This document shows, piece by piece, positions 28,726-38,352 of a stretch of 64,000 nucleotides of DNA; position 1 is the stretch's first letter; the number at the start of each line of letters is the position of its first letter. The DNA is from Desulfurococcales archaeon (GTDB lineage: Archaea > Thermoproteota > Thermoprotei_A > Sulfolobales > NBVN01). The position numbers and the translations under genes were made by a program. The stretch covers positions 12,805-76,804 of the forward strand of contig WAKQ01000009.1 in assembly GCA_015523295.1 (NCBI GenBank). Reading direction: 5' to 3'. The notes below the pieces were generated by a model. The model was not told where the DNA came from. It saw only the letters and a list, made by a program, of their open reading frames with translations, and made no database searches.

Positions 28726-29735
28726 GCAATCTCCTCAACACGCACGCCATCACCGCCCAGATCAGCTTTCAGCGTTCTTGAGGCTCTAAGCCTGAGAGCG
28801 ACTTCAACGCTCTCATTCTTTTCAGGTGTTAAAGCAATAATCGCTCCTCCGCCTCCTGCACCCGTTAATTTTGAGCCTAGAGCACCAGCTTCCCTAGCGA
28901 TATAGACGAGCTCACTTAATCTCATGTCCGAGACGCCTAGGGCGTCAAGAAGGCCTTGGTTTATGTTCATGAGCTCGCCCAGGACATGTAGATCTCCTGC
29001 CTTCAAAGCACTTTCAGCTTTTCGAGTGACTTCTCCTATTAGGTTCATGATACCTTGAATCAAAGGCGTGTGTCTTGAAAGCAATTTACGCACCTTTAGA
29101 ACCATCTCCTTAGTCGACGCCTTTCTCTCTACGTAAGCTATAATTACTGGAAGTTGGATATTGACGTCAATGCGTTCCCTGTGGAACACCCTCCCATCTC
29201 CCCAAAGCTTCAAAAACCCCCCGAAAGTTGAGATTGAGGTATCCATGGGGGACGCAATTCCCTGAACCTCTTTCTCAACATCCCACGCTATCCTCGCTAT
29301 CTCCTCCTTACTCAATTCATATCCCAGAATTCTTGAGTATGCATACACAGTAGCTACGGAAACGGCTGCCGATGTCCCCAGCCCCGCACCTACAGGCATT
29401 TCAGACGACACGACTAGGTTAACGCCCTTGAACCTCCCAATATACTTTGAGGTAAGCTCCACGGACTTGTTAAGATAGGCTATGGCAGATAGACTTTTTT
29501 CATAATCTGTAGTGACTTCAATCTTCCCATCTTTGTAGTTTATTATAAGGCCGGGAGTTTTCAGGTCCCTAGCTATTATCTTAACGGATGAATCACTTCT
29601 AGGTGTCGCAGTGACATAAACTCTACTATTAATGGATGCCACAATTGCCGGGTACCCATATACAATAGCATGTTCCCCGAACAGCGTAACTTTGCCAGGC
29701 GCGGAGACAGTGATGTGATTTGGCATATTAATCAC
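28722..29735 (-). CDS. mvk: Mevalonate kinase
   Basis: GHMP kinase motifs APGKVTLFGEHAIVYG and MPVGAGLGTSAA. 337 aa. Confidence 0.85.
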   Translation of the reverse strand: MINMPNHITVSAPGKVTLFGEHAIVYGYPAIVASINSRVYVTATPRSDSSVKIIARDLKTPGLIINYKDGKIEVTTDYEKSLSAIAYLNKSVELTSKYIGRFKGVNLVVSSEMPVGAGLGTSAAVSVATVYAYSRILGYELSKEEIARIAWDVEKEVQGIASPMDTSISTFGGFLKLWGDGRVFHRERIDVNIQLPVIIAYVERKASTKEMVLKVRKLLSRHTPLIQGIMNLIGEVTRKAESALKAGDLHVLGELMNINQGLLDALGVSDMRLSELVYIAREAGALGSKLTGAGGGGAIIALTPEKNESVEVALRLRASRTLKADLGGDGVRVEEIA

Positions 29736-29741
29736 TCAACC

Positions 29742-29764
29742 ATGGTTACGATGCCTGTAACCAT
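29742..29764. promoter_or_regulatory. Perfect 8-bp inverted repeat in the divergent mvk/nadE intergenic region
   Basis: ATGGTTAC-gatgcct-GTAACCAT. Confidence 0.3.
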
Positions 29765-29829
29765 TAAAATGATTTAGCGTGAGTTTCAGTTAAATACACG
29801 ACTGTATAATTAACTGATGGTGCTGAAGA

Positions 29830-30636
29830 GTGCTACCTCCAAACCTGCGTTTAGACTTTCGAAAGGCAGAGAAAGTAATCACTTACTTCATCAAAGATAC
29901 CGTCGAAAAAGCAGGTGCTAGAGGCGTGGTTGTCGGATTATCTGGAGGAGGGGACTCTGCAGTGGCGGCCGCCCTTGCCGTTAAAGCGCTAGGCGCATAT
30001 AATGTTAAAGCACTTCACCTTCCTGATAAGGAATCAGACCCTGTGTCAGCCCTCATAGCTAATAAGGTCGCTGATGCTCTAGGGCTGGAACTACATATAG
30101 TAGACATAACTAAAGCTGTGGAAAGCCTGCTGAAGCTCACTGGATTAAGCTATGATTCAGATAAGGTTGTGAGAGGGAATGTTAAAGTCAGAGTGAGGAT
30201 GACTACTTTATATAGCGTAGCTAACTCTGAGAACAAGTTGGTCCTAGGGACTAGCGACCGATCAGAATGGCTAATCGGTTATTTCACTAAATGGGGTGAT
30301 GGTGCAGCCGATCTCTATCCAATCATAGGATTATATAAGACTCAAGTAAGAGAATTCGGTAAATATTTGGGCCTCCCAATTGAGGTAACTTCGAGACCTC
30401 CGACTCCTGACTTATGGCCAGGCCACACAGCCGAGGGTGAACTAGGCATCACATACGATATGATCGATCAGGTTCTTTACTACGTATTTGACGAAGGACT
30501 TAATGAGGATGAAGTTAGTGAAGTAGCTGGTGTTCCTCTGGAAGTAGTTAAGAGAGTAATGGAGCTTCATAGAAAGAGCGAGCATAAGCGAGCACCTATA
30601 AGGGCACCCTTCAAATCTTTTAAGGATATTTCCTAG
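29830..30636 (+). CDS. nadE: NH3-dependent NAD+ synthetase
   Basis: PP-loop GLSGGGDSAV. 268 aa, with the usual NadE pattern TSDRSEWLIGYFTKWGDGAADL. Confidence 0.9.
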   Translation: MLPPNLRLDFRKAEKVITYFIKDTVEKAGARGVVVGLSGGGDSAVAAALAVKALGAYNVKALHLPDKESDPVSALIANKVADALGLELHIVDITKAVESLLKLTGLSYDSDKVVRGNVKVRVRMTTLYSVANSENKLVLGTSDRSEWLIGYFTKWGDGAADLYPIIGLYKTQVREFGKYLGLPIEVTSRPPTPDLWPGHTAEGELGITYDMIDQVLYYVFDEGLNEDEVSEVAGVPLEVVKRVMELHRKSEHKRAPIRAPFKSFKDIS

Positions 30637-30823
30637 TGTCCATCTTCAATTAAATTATATCGTTGATCAATGTTTTTTGAAGATTTACTCACGAAGTTAG
30701 AAGTCCACATTAGCAATTCTTATTACTGTTCCCCATCCAGTATTTTAAGGTGGTATTAAACTGTCAGAAGCTCACCGTGATATAGGAATATCTGAATCTC
30801 CATCCCTTGAAACCCTTAAAACA

Positions 30824-31180
30824 ATGTTAAAGATCTCGAGGATACTTTCCATAGTGTTTGCCGCTGTCTTCTTTCTGTGGGGTCTTATCTCGGGAATAGT
30901 TTCATTAGTATGGGCTTTTAACGCTCCTGGGGTCTTCTTCGCGGCTTTGGCTGGACCAGTAGTTCTTATACTCTTCGGGGTAATCGACTTTGTTATATGG
31001 GGTGAGGTTAGAAGAATAGAGTATTTGGTTAATGAGGGGCGCTACAGAGAAGCTAAGGACAAAACACTTGTTTGGTCGATAATAGGCCTGATACTTGGTG
31101 GTGTGCTGGTAGGGATCTTCCTTCTGATAGCATATATTAAGTATGATGAGGTCATAGCTACTGCGTCTCCACAGATTTAA
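30824..31180 (+). CDS. Small hypothetical membrane protein (3-4 helices)
   Basis: 118 aa and strongly hydrophobic. No family recognised. Confidence 0.5.
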   Translation: MLKISRILSIVFAAVFFLWGLISGIVSLVWAFNAPGVFFAALAGPVVLILFGVIDFVIWGEVRRIEYLVNEGRYREAKDKTLVWSIIGLILGGVLVGIFLLIAYIKYDEVIATASPQI

Positions 31181-31229
31181 AGTTAAGATCATGCTTAAAG
31201 GAAGAGCTAGATATTTTTAATGAAGGGGC

Positions 31230-32120
31230 ATGAGGGTTGTATACTTTTCTTTTATCATGAATGCTGTGGGTCTGGTCCTTAAGGCCCTCTCGATGGCAAC
31301 ATCCACTTCAACAGCCATTGATTCTGAGTTTCTTCATTCGCTGGGTGACTTCATAGGTTCAGGCCTTCTAGCTGTGGGGGCGGCTATGATGTTCAGGAGG
31401 CCGACCTTAAAACATCCTTTTGGGTTCGGCCGAACGGTGTATGTCTTTGGGCTAATATCTACGGCTATCGTGGGGGGATTTCTATTTAGCATTTCACTTG
31501 CTCAGGGAATCAATCAGCTAAGGGAATTACACACTGTGAGAGCTTCGTCCACCTCACTCACCTCACTATTTATAGCTAATGTTATGGATGTAGGTGTTCT
31601 CGTGTGGGCGGCTAAAGAGTATAGAACGTCTAGGGAAGACCCTTCTATAAAGGGTACTGTAGTAGAGAATCTATCGGATGTTGTTGGGGATGTAGCTGCA
31701 TTATCGGCACTCCTGACCGAGAACCCGGCTATAGATGCGTACGGAGCACTGATCATCTCTGGAATACTACTCCTTTCCTCCTCCAGTTTAGGATATAAGT
31801 ACTTCAACGTGCTTATAGGTTCGTCTGCACCTAAGAACGTTGTCGGCAGAGCCATTAAGGTTGCGGTATCAATACCCTATATCATAGATGTAAATGATGT
31901 CAAGTCATTAGTGATAGGACCGGATGAATATCTTCTCATAATGCAGGTTGAAGTGCCTCCTAACCTAAGTGCAGGAGATATAGAAGAGATCCGAAAGGAA
32001 CTGAGGGAAAAGCTTCTCGAGATAGAGCCCGGTATTAAATACCTTATAATTGAGTTCGTAACTCCTAAAGAACCTCCAGCAACATTCAAAAGACTTTTGA
32101 GAGAGGTGATCAAGCTTTAA
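31230..32120 (+). CDS. Cation diffusion facilitator (CDF) family metal efflux protein
   Basis: Six hydrophobic helices, an HSLGDF motif in TM2 and a C-terminal cytoplasmic alpha/beta domain. Confidence 0.7.
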   Translation: MRVVYFSFIMNAVGLVLKALSMATSTSTAIDSEFLHSLGDFIGSGLLAVGAAMMFRRPTLKHPFGFGRTVYVFGLISTAIVGGFLFSISLAQGINQLRELHTVRASSTSLTSLFIANVMDVGVLVWAAKEYRTSREDPSIKGTVVENLSDVVGDVAALSALLTENPAIDAYGALIISGILLLSSSSLGYKYFNVLIGSSAPKNVVGRAIKVAVSIPYIIDVNDVKSLVIGPDEYLLIMQVEVPPNLSAGDIEEIRKELREKLLEIEPGIKYLIIEFVTPKEPPATFKRLLREVIKL

Positions 32121-32698
32121 TGAGAGAGCTCTGACTCTAGAGAATTAAGAAAGTCTAGAATAATCCTCATCCTTTCTTTCGCTTCTCTCCTTCCTTCCTC
32201 AGTCATCATTTGTTGCGGGAGTTTGATGATTTTTTCCTTGAAATGTTCGATTGAGTCCTCTAGACTCCTTCTTTTATACCCTGAATACATGAAGACCCTT
32301 GCAATGCCTATAGCACCTAGCGCGTCAAGTTTATCGGCATCGCTGAGGATTTTCCCTTCCAAAGTTTTCGGTCTTCTTCCACTTGAAAAAGAATGCCCCA
32401 TTATAGCATCTTTAACTTTTTCTATCTTATCGGGAGGGTAACCAGATAGCCTCATTAAGAATTCGGCGACCTCAGCGGAGGCAGCGGCATGGTCTTCCTC
32501 CCCTAGCTCGCCCATCCTACCTATGTCATGGAGATATGCAGCTATTTCTAGAGCCTCCATATCGACATAATTTTTGCAATTTCTCGCTAGTTTCAGAGCA
32601 AGATCGTGTACTCTTTTAACGTGGGGAAAACCGTGGACAGGTTCAGGAGGCATGATCAACTGAACTATCCGCTCGACTGCTTTGACAAAATCATTCAT
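32117..32698 (-). CDS. HD-domain metal-dependent phosphohydrolase
   Basis: GFPHVKRVH ... AAYLHDIGR ... SDADKLDALGA. Confidence 0.85.
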   Translation of the reverse strand: MNDFVKAVERIVQLIMPPEPVHGFPHVKRVHDLALKLARNCKNYVDMEALEIAAYLHDIGRMGELGEEDHAAASAEVAEFLMRLSGYPPDKIEKVKDAIMGHSFSSGRRPKTLEGKILSDADKLDALGAIGIARVFMYSGYKRRSLEDSIEHFKEKIIKLPQQMMTEEGRREAKERMRIILDFLNSLESELSH

Positions 32699-32827
32699 GA
32701 ACTTCCCCTGTGAACCTCCTGATGATCCCCTTATAAAACAACACCCATTTTCACAGGTACTACATCAGTAATACCTCAGTTGAGGCCTTAAAAGATATCT
32801 GTTATCAAGCAAATTGCAGGTGAGGTA

Positions 32828-33157
32828 ATGTCAGAAGGCCTTGTCACGGCGAATCCAACTCAATTGACCTCTGAGAACTCAGAGAAAACGAACGAGACTA
32901 AGGAGGAAGGCTTTAACATTGTCATGCAGGTCAGTTGGAGAGGCGAACTTAAGGATATAGCCCTGAATGATGAGGTCAGCTCCATTGACCCGGAGCTAAT
33001 TGCTAAAATCATTACCCTTACAGCATGGACTGCGAGGAATGCAGCTATCAATATGGGGGAGGAGGTTAACGAAATAGATATTGTGATGAAGAATAAGTTT
33101 ATAGTAATATTTCCAGAAGCTAACGTCTTAAGAGTGGGGATAGCTTCATCTATTTAG
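32828..33157 (+). CDS. Hypothetical protein (109 aa; possibly Roadblock/LC7-like)
   Basis: Acidic N-terminal tail, then an alternating beta/alpha pattern. The family assignment is weak. Confidence 0.4.
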   Translation: MSEGLVTANPTQLTSENSEKTNETKEEGFNIVMQVSWRGELKDIALNDEVSSIDPELIAKIITLTAWTARNAAINMGEEVNEIDIVMKNKFIVIFPEANVLRVGIASSI

Positions 33158-33183
33158 CCTCTTAAAGAGGTCGTTTTTATTTG
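33158..33183 (+). terminator. Hairpin plus T-run terminator
   Basis: CCTCT-taa-AGAGG directly after the stop codon, followed by TCGTTTTTATTTG. Confidence 0.5.
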
Positions 33184-33242
33184 CTTAAAGGTTCTCCGGA
33201 AAATAAGCTTTAAAAAAGTACGTAAAAAATTCAATGGGGTAG

Positions 33243-33524
33243 GTGGATACGGCAGCAATTTCTGAGGAAAGCTATAGCGGCACGGATTTAGCGTCAGCCT
33301 CTAATGGAAAGTTCCGGGTGGTGGTGATTAAGGAGAGGTGTAAGGAATGCGGCATCTGCATTAATGTATGTCCTAAGGACGTCCTCGCCAGATCCAGTGA
33401 TATAAACTCGAAGGGATATCACTATACAATTCCTGAGAGGATTGAGGCCTGCATAGGATGTCGTTTATGTGAAATTAATTGCCCTGATTTCGCTATTTAT
33501 GTTGTTAAGGAGGGATCACAGTAA
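33243..33524 (+). CDS. 2-oxoacid:ferredoxin oxidoreductase delta subunit (2x[4Fe-4S] ferredoxin-like)
   Basis: CKECGICINVCP and CIGCRLCEINCP motifs. First gene of the delta-alpha-beta-gamma operon. Confidence 0.85.
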   Translation: MDTAAISEESYSGTDLASASNGKFRVVVIKERCKECGICINVCPKDVLARSSDINSKGYHYTIPERIEACIGCRLCEINCPDFAIYVVKEGSQ

Positions 33525-34649
33525 TTGAGGGCTGATTACATTACAACAAACATAGCTATTGCAGAGGGGGCGATGGCGGCAGGCCTAATGTTTTACGCTG
33601 GTTATCCTATAACTCCCGCATCTGATCTCTTCGAATATCTGGCGTCTGTACTCCCTTCCAGGAATGGGGTAGTAGCTCAGTTTGAAGATGAGATTGCTTC
33701 CATTAACGCCGTTATAGGGGCTTCCTGGGCTGGAGTTAAGGCAATGACAGCTACATCAGGACCCGGTTTCTCTCTCATGGTGGAGGGGCTGGGTCTTGCG
33801 ATAATTACTGAGGCTCCTCTTGTGGTTGTTGACATTATGAGGGCGGGTCCATCAACAGGTGTTCCAACTAAGGCCACTCAAAGTGATGTTTATCAGGTAC
33901 GTTTCTCATCTCATGGAATTTACTCTATCCCAGTATTAGTTCCGTGGTCAGCTCAAGAGGGTTTCGATCTAGCGGTAAAGGCGTTTAACATTGCTGAGAG
34001 GTTGAGAACCCCCGTAGTTCTCCTGTCAGATGCGGTGCTGGCCCATGCCTGGGAAAAAGTCAGTTTAAGAAGTAGTGAGGAAATTCAAGTAGTTAACAGA
34101 AAGAAACCTAAGAATCTAGAGGAAGGGATGTTTCCCTTCAAGCCCGAGAATGATCTGGTTCCACCCATGCCCTGCTTCGGAGAGGGTTTTGGAGTAAAGG
34201 TTGAATCATTATCTCATGATGAGAGAGGCTGGTATGCACCGGATAACGAGACATATAAGAAACTTGTTTGGAGGCTTGTGAAGAAAATTGAGAACAATAT
34301 GAGTCTAATTTGGGATAGTGAAAGATACTTCACCAATGATGCAGAATATGCGATTGTTGCATACGGTTCCGTGGCACGACCAGCTTACGCTGCAGTGAAG
34401 GAGTTCAGAAGGGAGGGGTATAAGTTCGGACTCTACCGCCTTAAGACCCTGTGGCCGTTCAACGATCGCGATGTAGCCAATTCTTTAAGGAAAATTAAGA
34501 AGGTGTTTGTGGTGGAAAATAATGAAGGGAAGATGTACAGGGAGATTGCTAGATCGGTTAAGTCAGCTGAAGTTATTTCTGTGCCACTCATAAACTTAGA
34601 GGTACCTCCCCCAGAAGAGATTGAGGAGGCTGTTAAGGAATGGCTTTAA
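33525..34649 (+). CDS. 2-oxoacid:ferredoxin oxidoreductase alpha subunit
   Basis: The pattern [10 protein letters not shown]...[33 protein letters not shown] is typical of OFOR alpha subunits. Confidence 0.9.
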   Translation: MRADYITTNIAIAEGAMAAGLMFYAGYPITPASDLFEYLASVLPSRNGVVAQFEDEIASINAVIGASWAGVKAMTATSGPGFSLMVEGLGLAIITEAPLVVVDIMRAGPSTGVPTKATQSDVYQVRFSSHGIYSIPVLVPWSAQEGFDLAVKAFNIAERLRTPVVLLSDAVLAHAWEKVSLRSSEEIQVVNRKKPKNLEEGMFPFKPENDLVPPMPCFGEGFGVKVESLSHDERGWYAPDNETYKKLVWRLVKKIENNMSLIWDSERYFTNDAEYAIVAYGSVARPAYAAVKEFRREGYKFGLYRLKTLWPFNDRDVANSLRKIKKVFVVENNEGKMYREIARSVKSAEVISVPLINLEVPPPEEIEEAVKEWL

Positions 34650-35476
34650 CAAGGGTTATTGCTGAACACCCGCTTAGCAAGTACCTGGTTAATGAGAGAC
34701 TCCCTCATGCATGGTGTCCTGGATGCGGTTTAGGCATCACTTTAGGGGCAATCCTCAGAGCTGTTGACAGAAAGGTTAGAGAGGGGAAAATAGATATTAA
34801 GAAACTGGTTCTCGTTAGCGGCATCGGTTGCTCGGCGAGGGCTTCCTTCTACGTGAGATTTGATTCAGCTCATACTATACATGGTCGGGCAATCCCATTT
34901 GCAACCGGTGCTAAACTCGCTAACCCATCCCTAGAAGTAATTGTGTTTGGTGGAGACGGGGATATTGCAGGGATAGGAGGTAATCACCTCATACATGCGG
35001 CGAGAAGGAACATGGATCTCCTAGTCTTCATGGTATCTAATCTCGTCTACGCTATGACTGGTGGACAGGTAGCACCAACTACGCCAACAGGCCTTTTCAC
35101 AACGACTACCCCTTACGGCAATCCTGAAAGGCCGATTAACGTGGTTAAGCTAGTTGCGTCGCAGAACCCGAACTATGTGGCAAGGGCCTCAGCTACGCAT
35201 CCAGCGTTAATCGAGCAATATACTTATAGAGCATTGGGGATGGAGGGATTTAGATTCATTGAAGTCATATCGATGTGTCCAGAGGTCTTCGGCCGCCATA
35301 TAGGGTATAATGACCCCGTCTCCCTATACAAGGCCATAAAAAGCAAGACAAGGGTAAAGGCCAGGCCTTCCCTGGATGAGGCTGATTATGACTGGAATCA
35401 CGGCTGGGTGCTTGGAGAATTCATTATAAAGAACAATCCAGGATATCTGAGAACCACGGGGAGGTGGAGAGCTTGA
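34640..35476 (+). CDS. 2-oxoacid:ferredoxin oxidoreductase beta subunit (TPP-binding)
   Basis: WCPGCG..., GIGCS..., GGDGD motifs. Confidence 0.9.
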   Translation: MALTRVIAEHPLSKYLVNERLPHAWCPGCGLGITLGAILRAVDRKVREGKIDIKKLVLVSGIGCSARASFYVRFDSAHTIHGRAIPFATGAKLANPSLEVIVFGGDGDIAGIGGNHLIHAARRNMDLLVFMVSNLVYAMTGGQVAPTTPTGLFTTTTPYGNPERPINVVKLVASQNPNYVARASATHPALIEQYTYRALGMEGFRFIEVISMCPEVFGRHIGYNDPVSLYKAIKSKTRVKARPSLDEADYDWNHGWVLGEFIIKNNPGYLRTTGRWRA

Positions 35477-36009
35477 GGAAGGAATTTCTCGCTGCGGGAA
35501 GAGGGGGGCAAGGAATACTTATACTGGGGCATGTTCTGGGCCTTGCAGCAGCTAAATACACGGGCCTCTATGTTACTGGCACTGAATCCTATGATGCTGA
35601 GACAAGAGGTGGGGACTCTAGAGTCGATCTAATATTTACGGACAGTCAAGATGAGCTTGACTACTTTAAGGTGAGGAGCGCGGACATCGCCCTCTTCATG
35701 TACTCAGATCAACTGCTGAAGTATAGGAGGCTAGTGGGAAATGAAGCTATTGTATTCATTGATAGTTCATTTCATATACCTGAGTTAAGGAGCTCATGGC
35801 AGGTTTACAGGGTGCCCTACACGGACATGGCAGAAGAGAAACTGGGTACCCACGTTGTCGCCAATATGATCGCTTTAGGTCACATTATCAGGAAAACAGG
35901 GTTAATTGACCGAGAAGCAGTGATAAGTTCGATAAAGGAAGTTGTACGAAAACGGTGGGTTTCAGTAGATCTCAAAGCATTCGAGCTTGGTATGGAACTC
36001 GATCCTTAG
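35464..36009 (+). CDS. 2-oxoacid:ferredoxin oxidoreductase gamma subunit
   Basis: AGRGGQGIL pattern. 181 aa. Overlaps the beta subunit stop. Confidence 0.85.
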   Translation: MESLRKEFLAAGRGGQGILILGHVLGLAAAKYTGLYVTGTESYDAETRGGDSRVDLIFTDSQDELDYFKVRSADIALFMYSDQLLKYRRLVGNEAIVFIDSSFHIPELRSSWQVYRVPYTDMAEEKLGTHVVANMIALGHIIRKTGLIDREAVISSIKEVVRKRWVSVDLKAFELGMELDP

Positions 36010-36159
36010 AGAGTGCTCCGACTAGAGAACTGAAGGTTAGTAAAATAGTGGTCTATCAAATAATTCGTTTCATTTACTGGCAAGCTTATTATTTCTCTGA
36101 AAATATTTGTTATCGAAGGCTGTTAGAGAGGTCTTCAGTGAAACTCAGAGGTGATATGA

Positions 36160-36369
36160 ATGATATGGAGAAGTAATGGTTCCCCTAAATGTCCTCGTTG
36201 CGGAGGGAGACTAACATACTATGTCGAGACTGAAGGAGGTAACGGCATTAAGACAATAAGATACGTACTCAGATGTAAAGCTTGTGGATACAGGCAAGTG
36301 CTTCAAGAAGTAATGATTAGAAAGACATCAGAAGGTGTGATAATATCCTTGCCTAAGGCCAAAAATTAG
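36160..36369 (+). CDS. Small zinc-ribbon protein
   Basis: CPRCGG ... CKACG (two CxxC pairs) in 69 aa. A GAGGTGAT ribosome-binding site lies upstream. Confidence 0.55.
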   Translation: MIWRSNGSPKCPRCGGRLTYYVETEGGNGIKTIRYVLRCKACGYRQVLQEVMIRKTSEGVIISLPKAKN

Positions 36370-36381
36370 ATTTTATTTCAT

Positions 36382-37128
36382 TTACTTCAACGTGATATTA
36401 TCAATTGTTTCAGCCAACACATAGGAATGAGGGAGCGGCATGAGGAAGATGAGGCCACCGAACTTAAAACCCCCTACTTCTTCAACTGCAGAGTATTGGC
36501 CTCCCTGGCTTAAGTAAGCTTTAAAAAATCCCCTTAGGACTTTCCTATAACCTTCAAGATCAAAAAAGTAGGTGTAGGCAGCGAAAAAAGCAGTGAGCAT
36601 CAGATCCCATGACATGTGAGATGTATTGCCTGTGTCCACGGCCTGCTCAGCATCTATCACGTAGAGTTCTCCCCCTCTACTCACTATAAAGTTAGTCGGT
36701 TTAACATCTCCCAATGCCCACCCTTTCATATGAATCTCAGCTAAAGCCGCCGCTAATAGAGGTGAATCCTTTTTATAATTAAGGATTTCACCCTCAACAT
36801 ACTCCCTAACGATTGTTGGCTCTTCTTCACGTGCCTCAATAAGCTTAGGAGTCTTAAACCTCACCCATGGACTCGTTAAGAAACGCACTTCTCTTCTAAA
36901 CCTCTCTTTAGCTAGCAGAGTGAAAGGATATGTCGCCCTGAAAATTACGGCAGGGGGGATCCATTTTATGAGGCCTATCTCCTTAGTGAATTTCTTGACC
37001 ACTAACTTTCTTCCATTCCTTTCAATTACCTCAGTCTGGGAGATCAACTTATCCATGTTAGGGACACTGGAGACTATAAACTCCCTGAGATTTCTGAGTA
37101 ATTCGTTAAGTCTGTTGGACGCACTCAT
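36382..37128 (-). CDS. Atypical protein-kinase-fold protein (RIO/Bud32/Kdo-kinase-like)
   Basis: VVKKF (VAIK-like Lys), hinge REYVEGE, catalytic loop GDVKPTNFIV, and metal-binding YVIDAEQA in place of DFG. Confidence 0.65.
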   Translation of the reverse strand: MSASNRLNELLRNLREFIVSSVPNMDKLISQTEVIERNGRKLVVKKFTKEIGLIKWIPPAVIFRATYPFTLLAKERFRREVRFLTSPWVRFKTPKLIEAREEEPTIVREYVEGEILNYKKDSPLLAAALAEIHMKGWALGDVKPTNFIVSRGGELYVIDAEQAVDTGNTSHMSWDLMLTAFFAAYTYFFDLEGYRKVLRGFFKAYLSQGGQYSAVEEVGGFKFGGLIFLMPLPHSYVLAETIDNITLK

Positions 37129-37224
37129 AAAACCCTTCCTCTCCTTAAATCCTTATGTTATTAGGGAGGTATTAACGTTGCCCTAAATTATCTAAGGTTT
37201 ATTATCTCTGAAACTAGAAAAACA

Positions 37225-37440
37225 CGGTGGGGCGGCCAATAACTCTTAACTACTGTAACGTCATGCTGATTCCATGAAAACTACCGCCCTATAAGAGCAG
37301 ATAAAAACGTGTGGATAAGGAGGTTTACGGCCTTTTTAGTCATAGTAGATGATGCCAATGAAGAGGGTTTCCAGCGTTGTAAGGGCGGAGTATCTCCAGG
37401 AAAATTGGTAGTTAGTTCGTAATTTACGGCCGCCCCACCG
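37225..37440 (+). ncRNA. Candidate structured non-coding RNA of about 216 nt, family unknown; strand tentative
   Basis: Nested helices: 37225-37237/37428-37440 (13 bp, perfect); 37246-37255/37406-37415 (10 bp, three of them G-U only on the + strand); 37280-37290/37382-37391 (10 bp, one bulged A). Hairpins at 37261-37277 and 37317-37337. A TATA-like TTTATTAT at 37198-37205 is centred about 26 nt upstream of the 5' G. It lies in the longest gap in the window without a credible ORF. Confidence 0.4.
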
Positions 37441-38275
37441 CATTCACTAACTTGCCCGCTATCTTCATAATGCTGGATACCCATTCACTCCTTTCAGGTT
37501 TTGCGAATATCTCCCGTAATTGCCCTGAGTCAGCTGCCCTCGATATTTCAGGGTCTAAGGGTAGCTCCGCAAGTATTTCTATCCCTACATCCTTGAACTC
37601 CCCGAAAACCTTAGTGGTTCTCCCGCAGTAAGGACATCTAAAGTAGGACATGTTAACCACCACTCCAAGGAGGTCTAACCCTACTATCTTGGCAAAGTTC
37701 TTGGCTTTAACTACGATATGGCTGACCATTCTCCCAGGCGTCATAACTAGAACTCCTAATGGTCTCTTGCTGCTTAGATACCTGGCTACTGTTTGAGCTT
37801 CATCTCCAGTTCCTGGAGGCAGGTCAACCACTAGGTAGTCCAGATCTCCCCACTTAACCATAGAAAGAAGGTCTAGGATTGCCCGGGTTTTGAGAGGCCC
37901 CCTCCAGATGAGGGGTAGTTCTTTCCTGTCCATAGCCAGTTCAACAGAAACCACTCCAACACCTCCAGCGTCAACAGGTAATATTCTCCCGTCCTCATCT
38001 GCAATCATTCTTTCATGCTCAACACCTAGAAGCCAAGGGATGCTAGGTCCATGAACATCAGCATCTAGGATGTTCACTCTAAAGCCTAACTTGTTCAGTG
38101 CTAATGCGAGGGAGGCAGATGTTATGGATTTGCCGACTCCTCCCTTGCCAGACATCACTATTACGACGTTATGGATGTTCTTTATCGCGTTCTGAACTCT
38201 TGAAGTTAATTCCTTCATAAGTTCTGCTCGTTCCTTAGGGCTTAGAGTAGCCATTATCTTTCCCTTGTTCAGCAT
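37424..38275 (-). CDS. Mrp/NBP35/ApbC-family Fe-S cluster carrier ATPase
   Basis: Deviant Walker A SGKGGVGKS. CPYCG (CxxC) cluster-bridging motif. Confidence 0.9.
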   Translation of the reverse strand: MLNKGKIMATLSPKERAELMKELTSRVQNAIKNIHNVVIVMSGKGGVGKSITSASLALALNKLGFRVNILDADVHGPSIPWLLGVEHERMIADEDGRILPVDAGGVGVVSVELAMDRKELPLIWRGPLKTRAILDLLSMVKWGDLDYLVVDLPPGTGDEAQTVARYLSSKRPLGVLVMTPGRMVSHIVVKAKNFAKIVGLDLLGVVVNMSYFRCPYCGRTTKVFGEFKDVGIEILAELPLDPEISRAADSGQLREIFAKPERSEWVSSIMKIAGKLVNAVGRP

Positions 38276-38352
38276 TGATTGTGGGCGTTATAACGTTAAG
38301 GAAGTTGAGATAATGTTTGAATATGTTCTGGTTTATAGTGTTAGGTTTAAAA

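Noticed and set aside
37225-37440. Minimal type-T RNase P RNA, as in Pyrobaculum, Caldivirga and Vulcanisaeta. The element is about 200 nt, is closed by a terminal helix, and has an inner helix with a 3 bp - single bulge - 6 bp layout flanked by AA...AU, like P4.
   Set aside because: The near-universal CR-I (GGAAAGUCC) and CR-V (ACAGAA...GGCUUA) sequences are absent. The bulged base is A rather than the invariant U. I therefore cannot call it RNase P, and it is kept only as an unclassified RNA candidate.
37225-37440. A MITE with 13-bp terminal inverted repeats.
   Set aside because: No target-site duplication flanks it (aaca | catt). There is no second copy in the window. The interior forms nested helices with strand-specific G-U pairs, which fits an RNA better than a transposon remnant. 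This cannot be fully excluded without the whole genome.
37281-37484. A 67-aa minus-strand ORF covering the intergenic gap and overlapping the Mrp 3' end.
   Set aside because: It overlaps a well-supported gene. It has no ribosome-binding site or motif and a low-complexity composition. It is more likely a by-product of the structured GC-rich segment.
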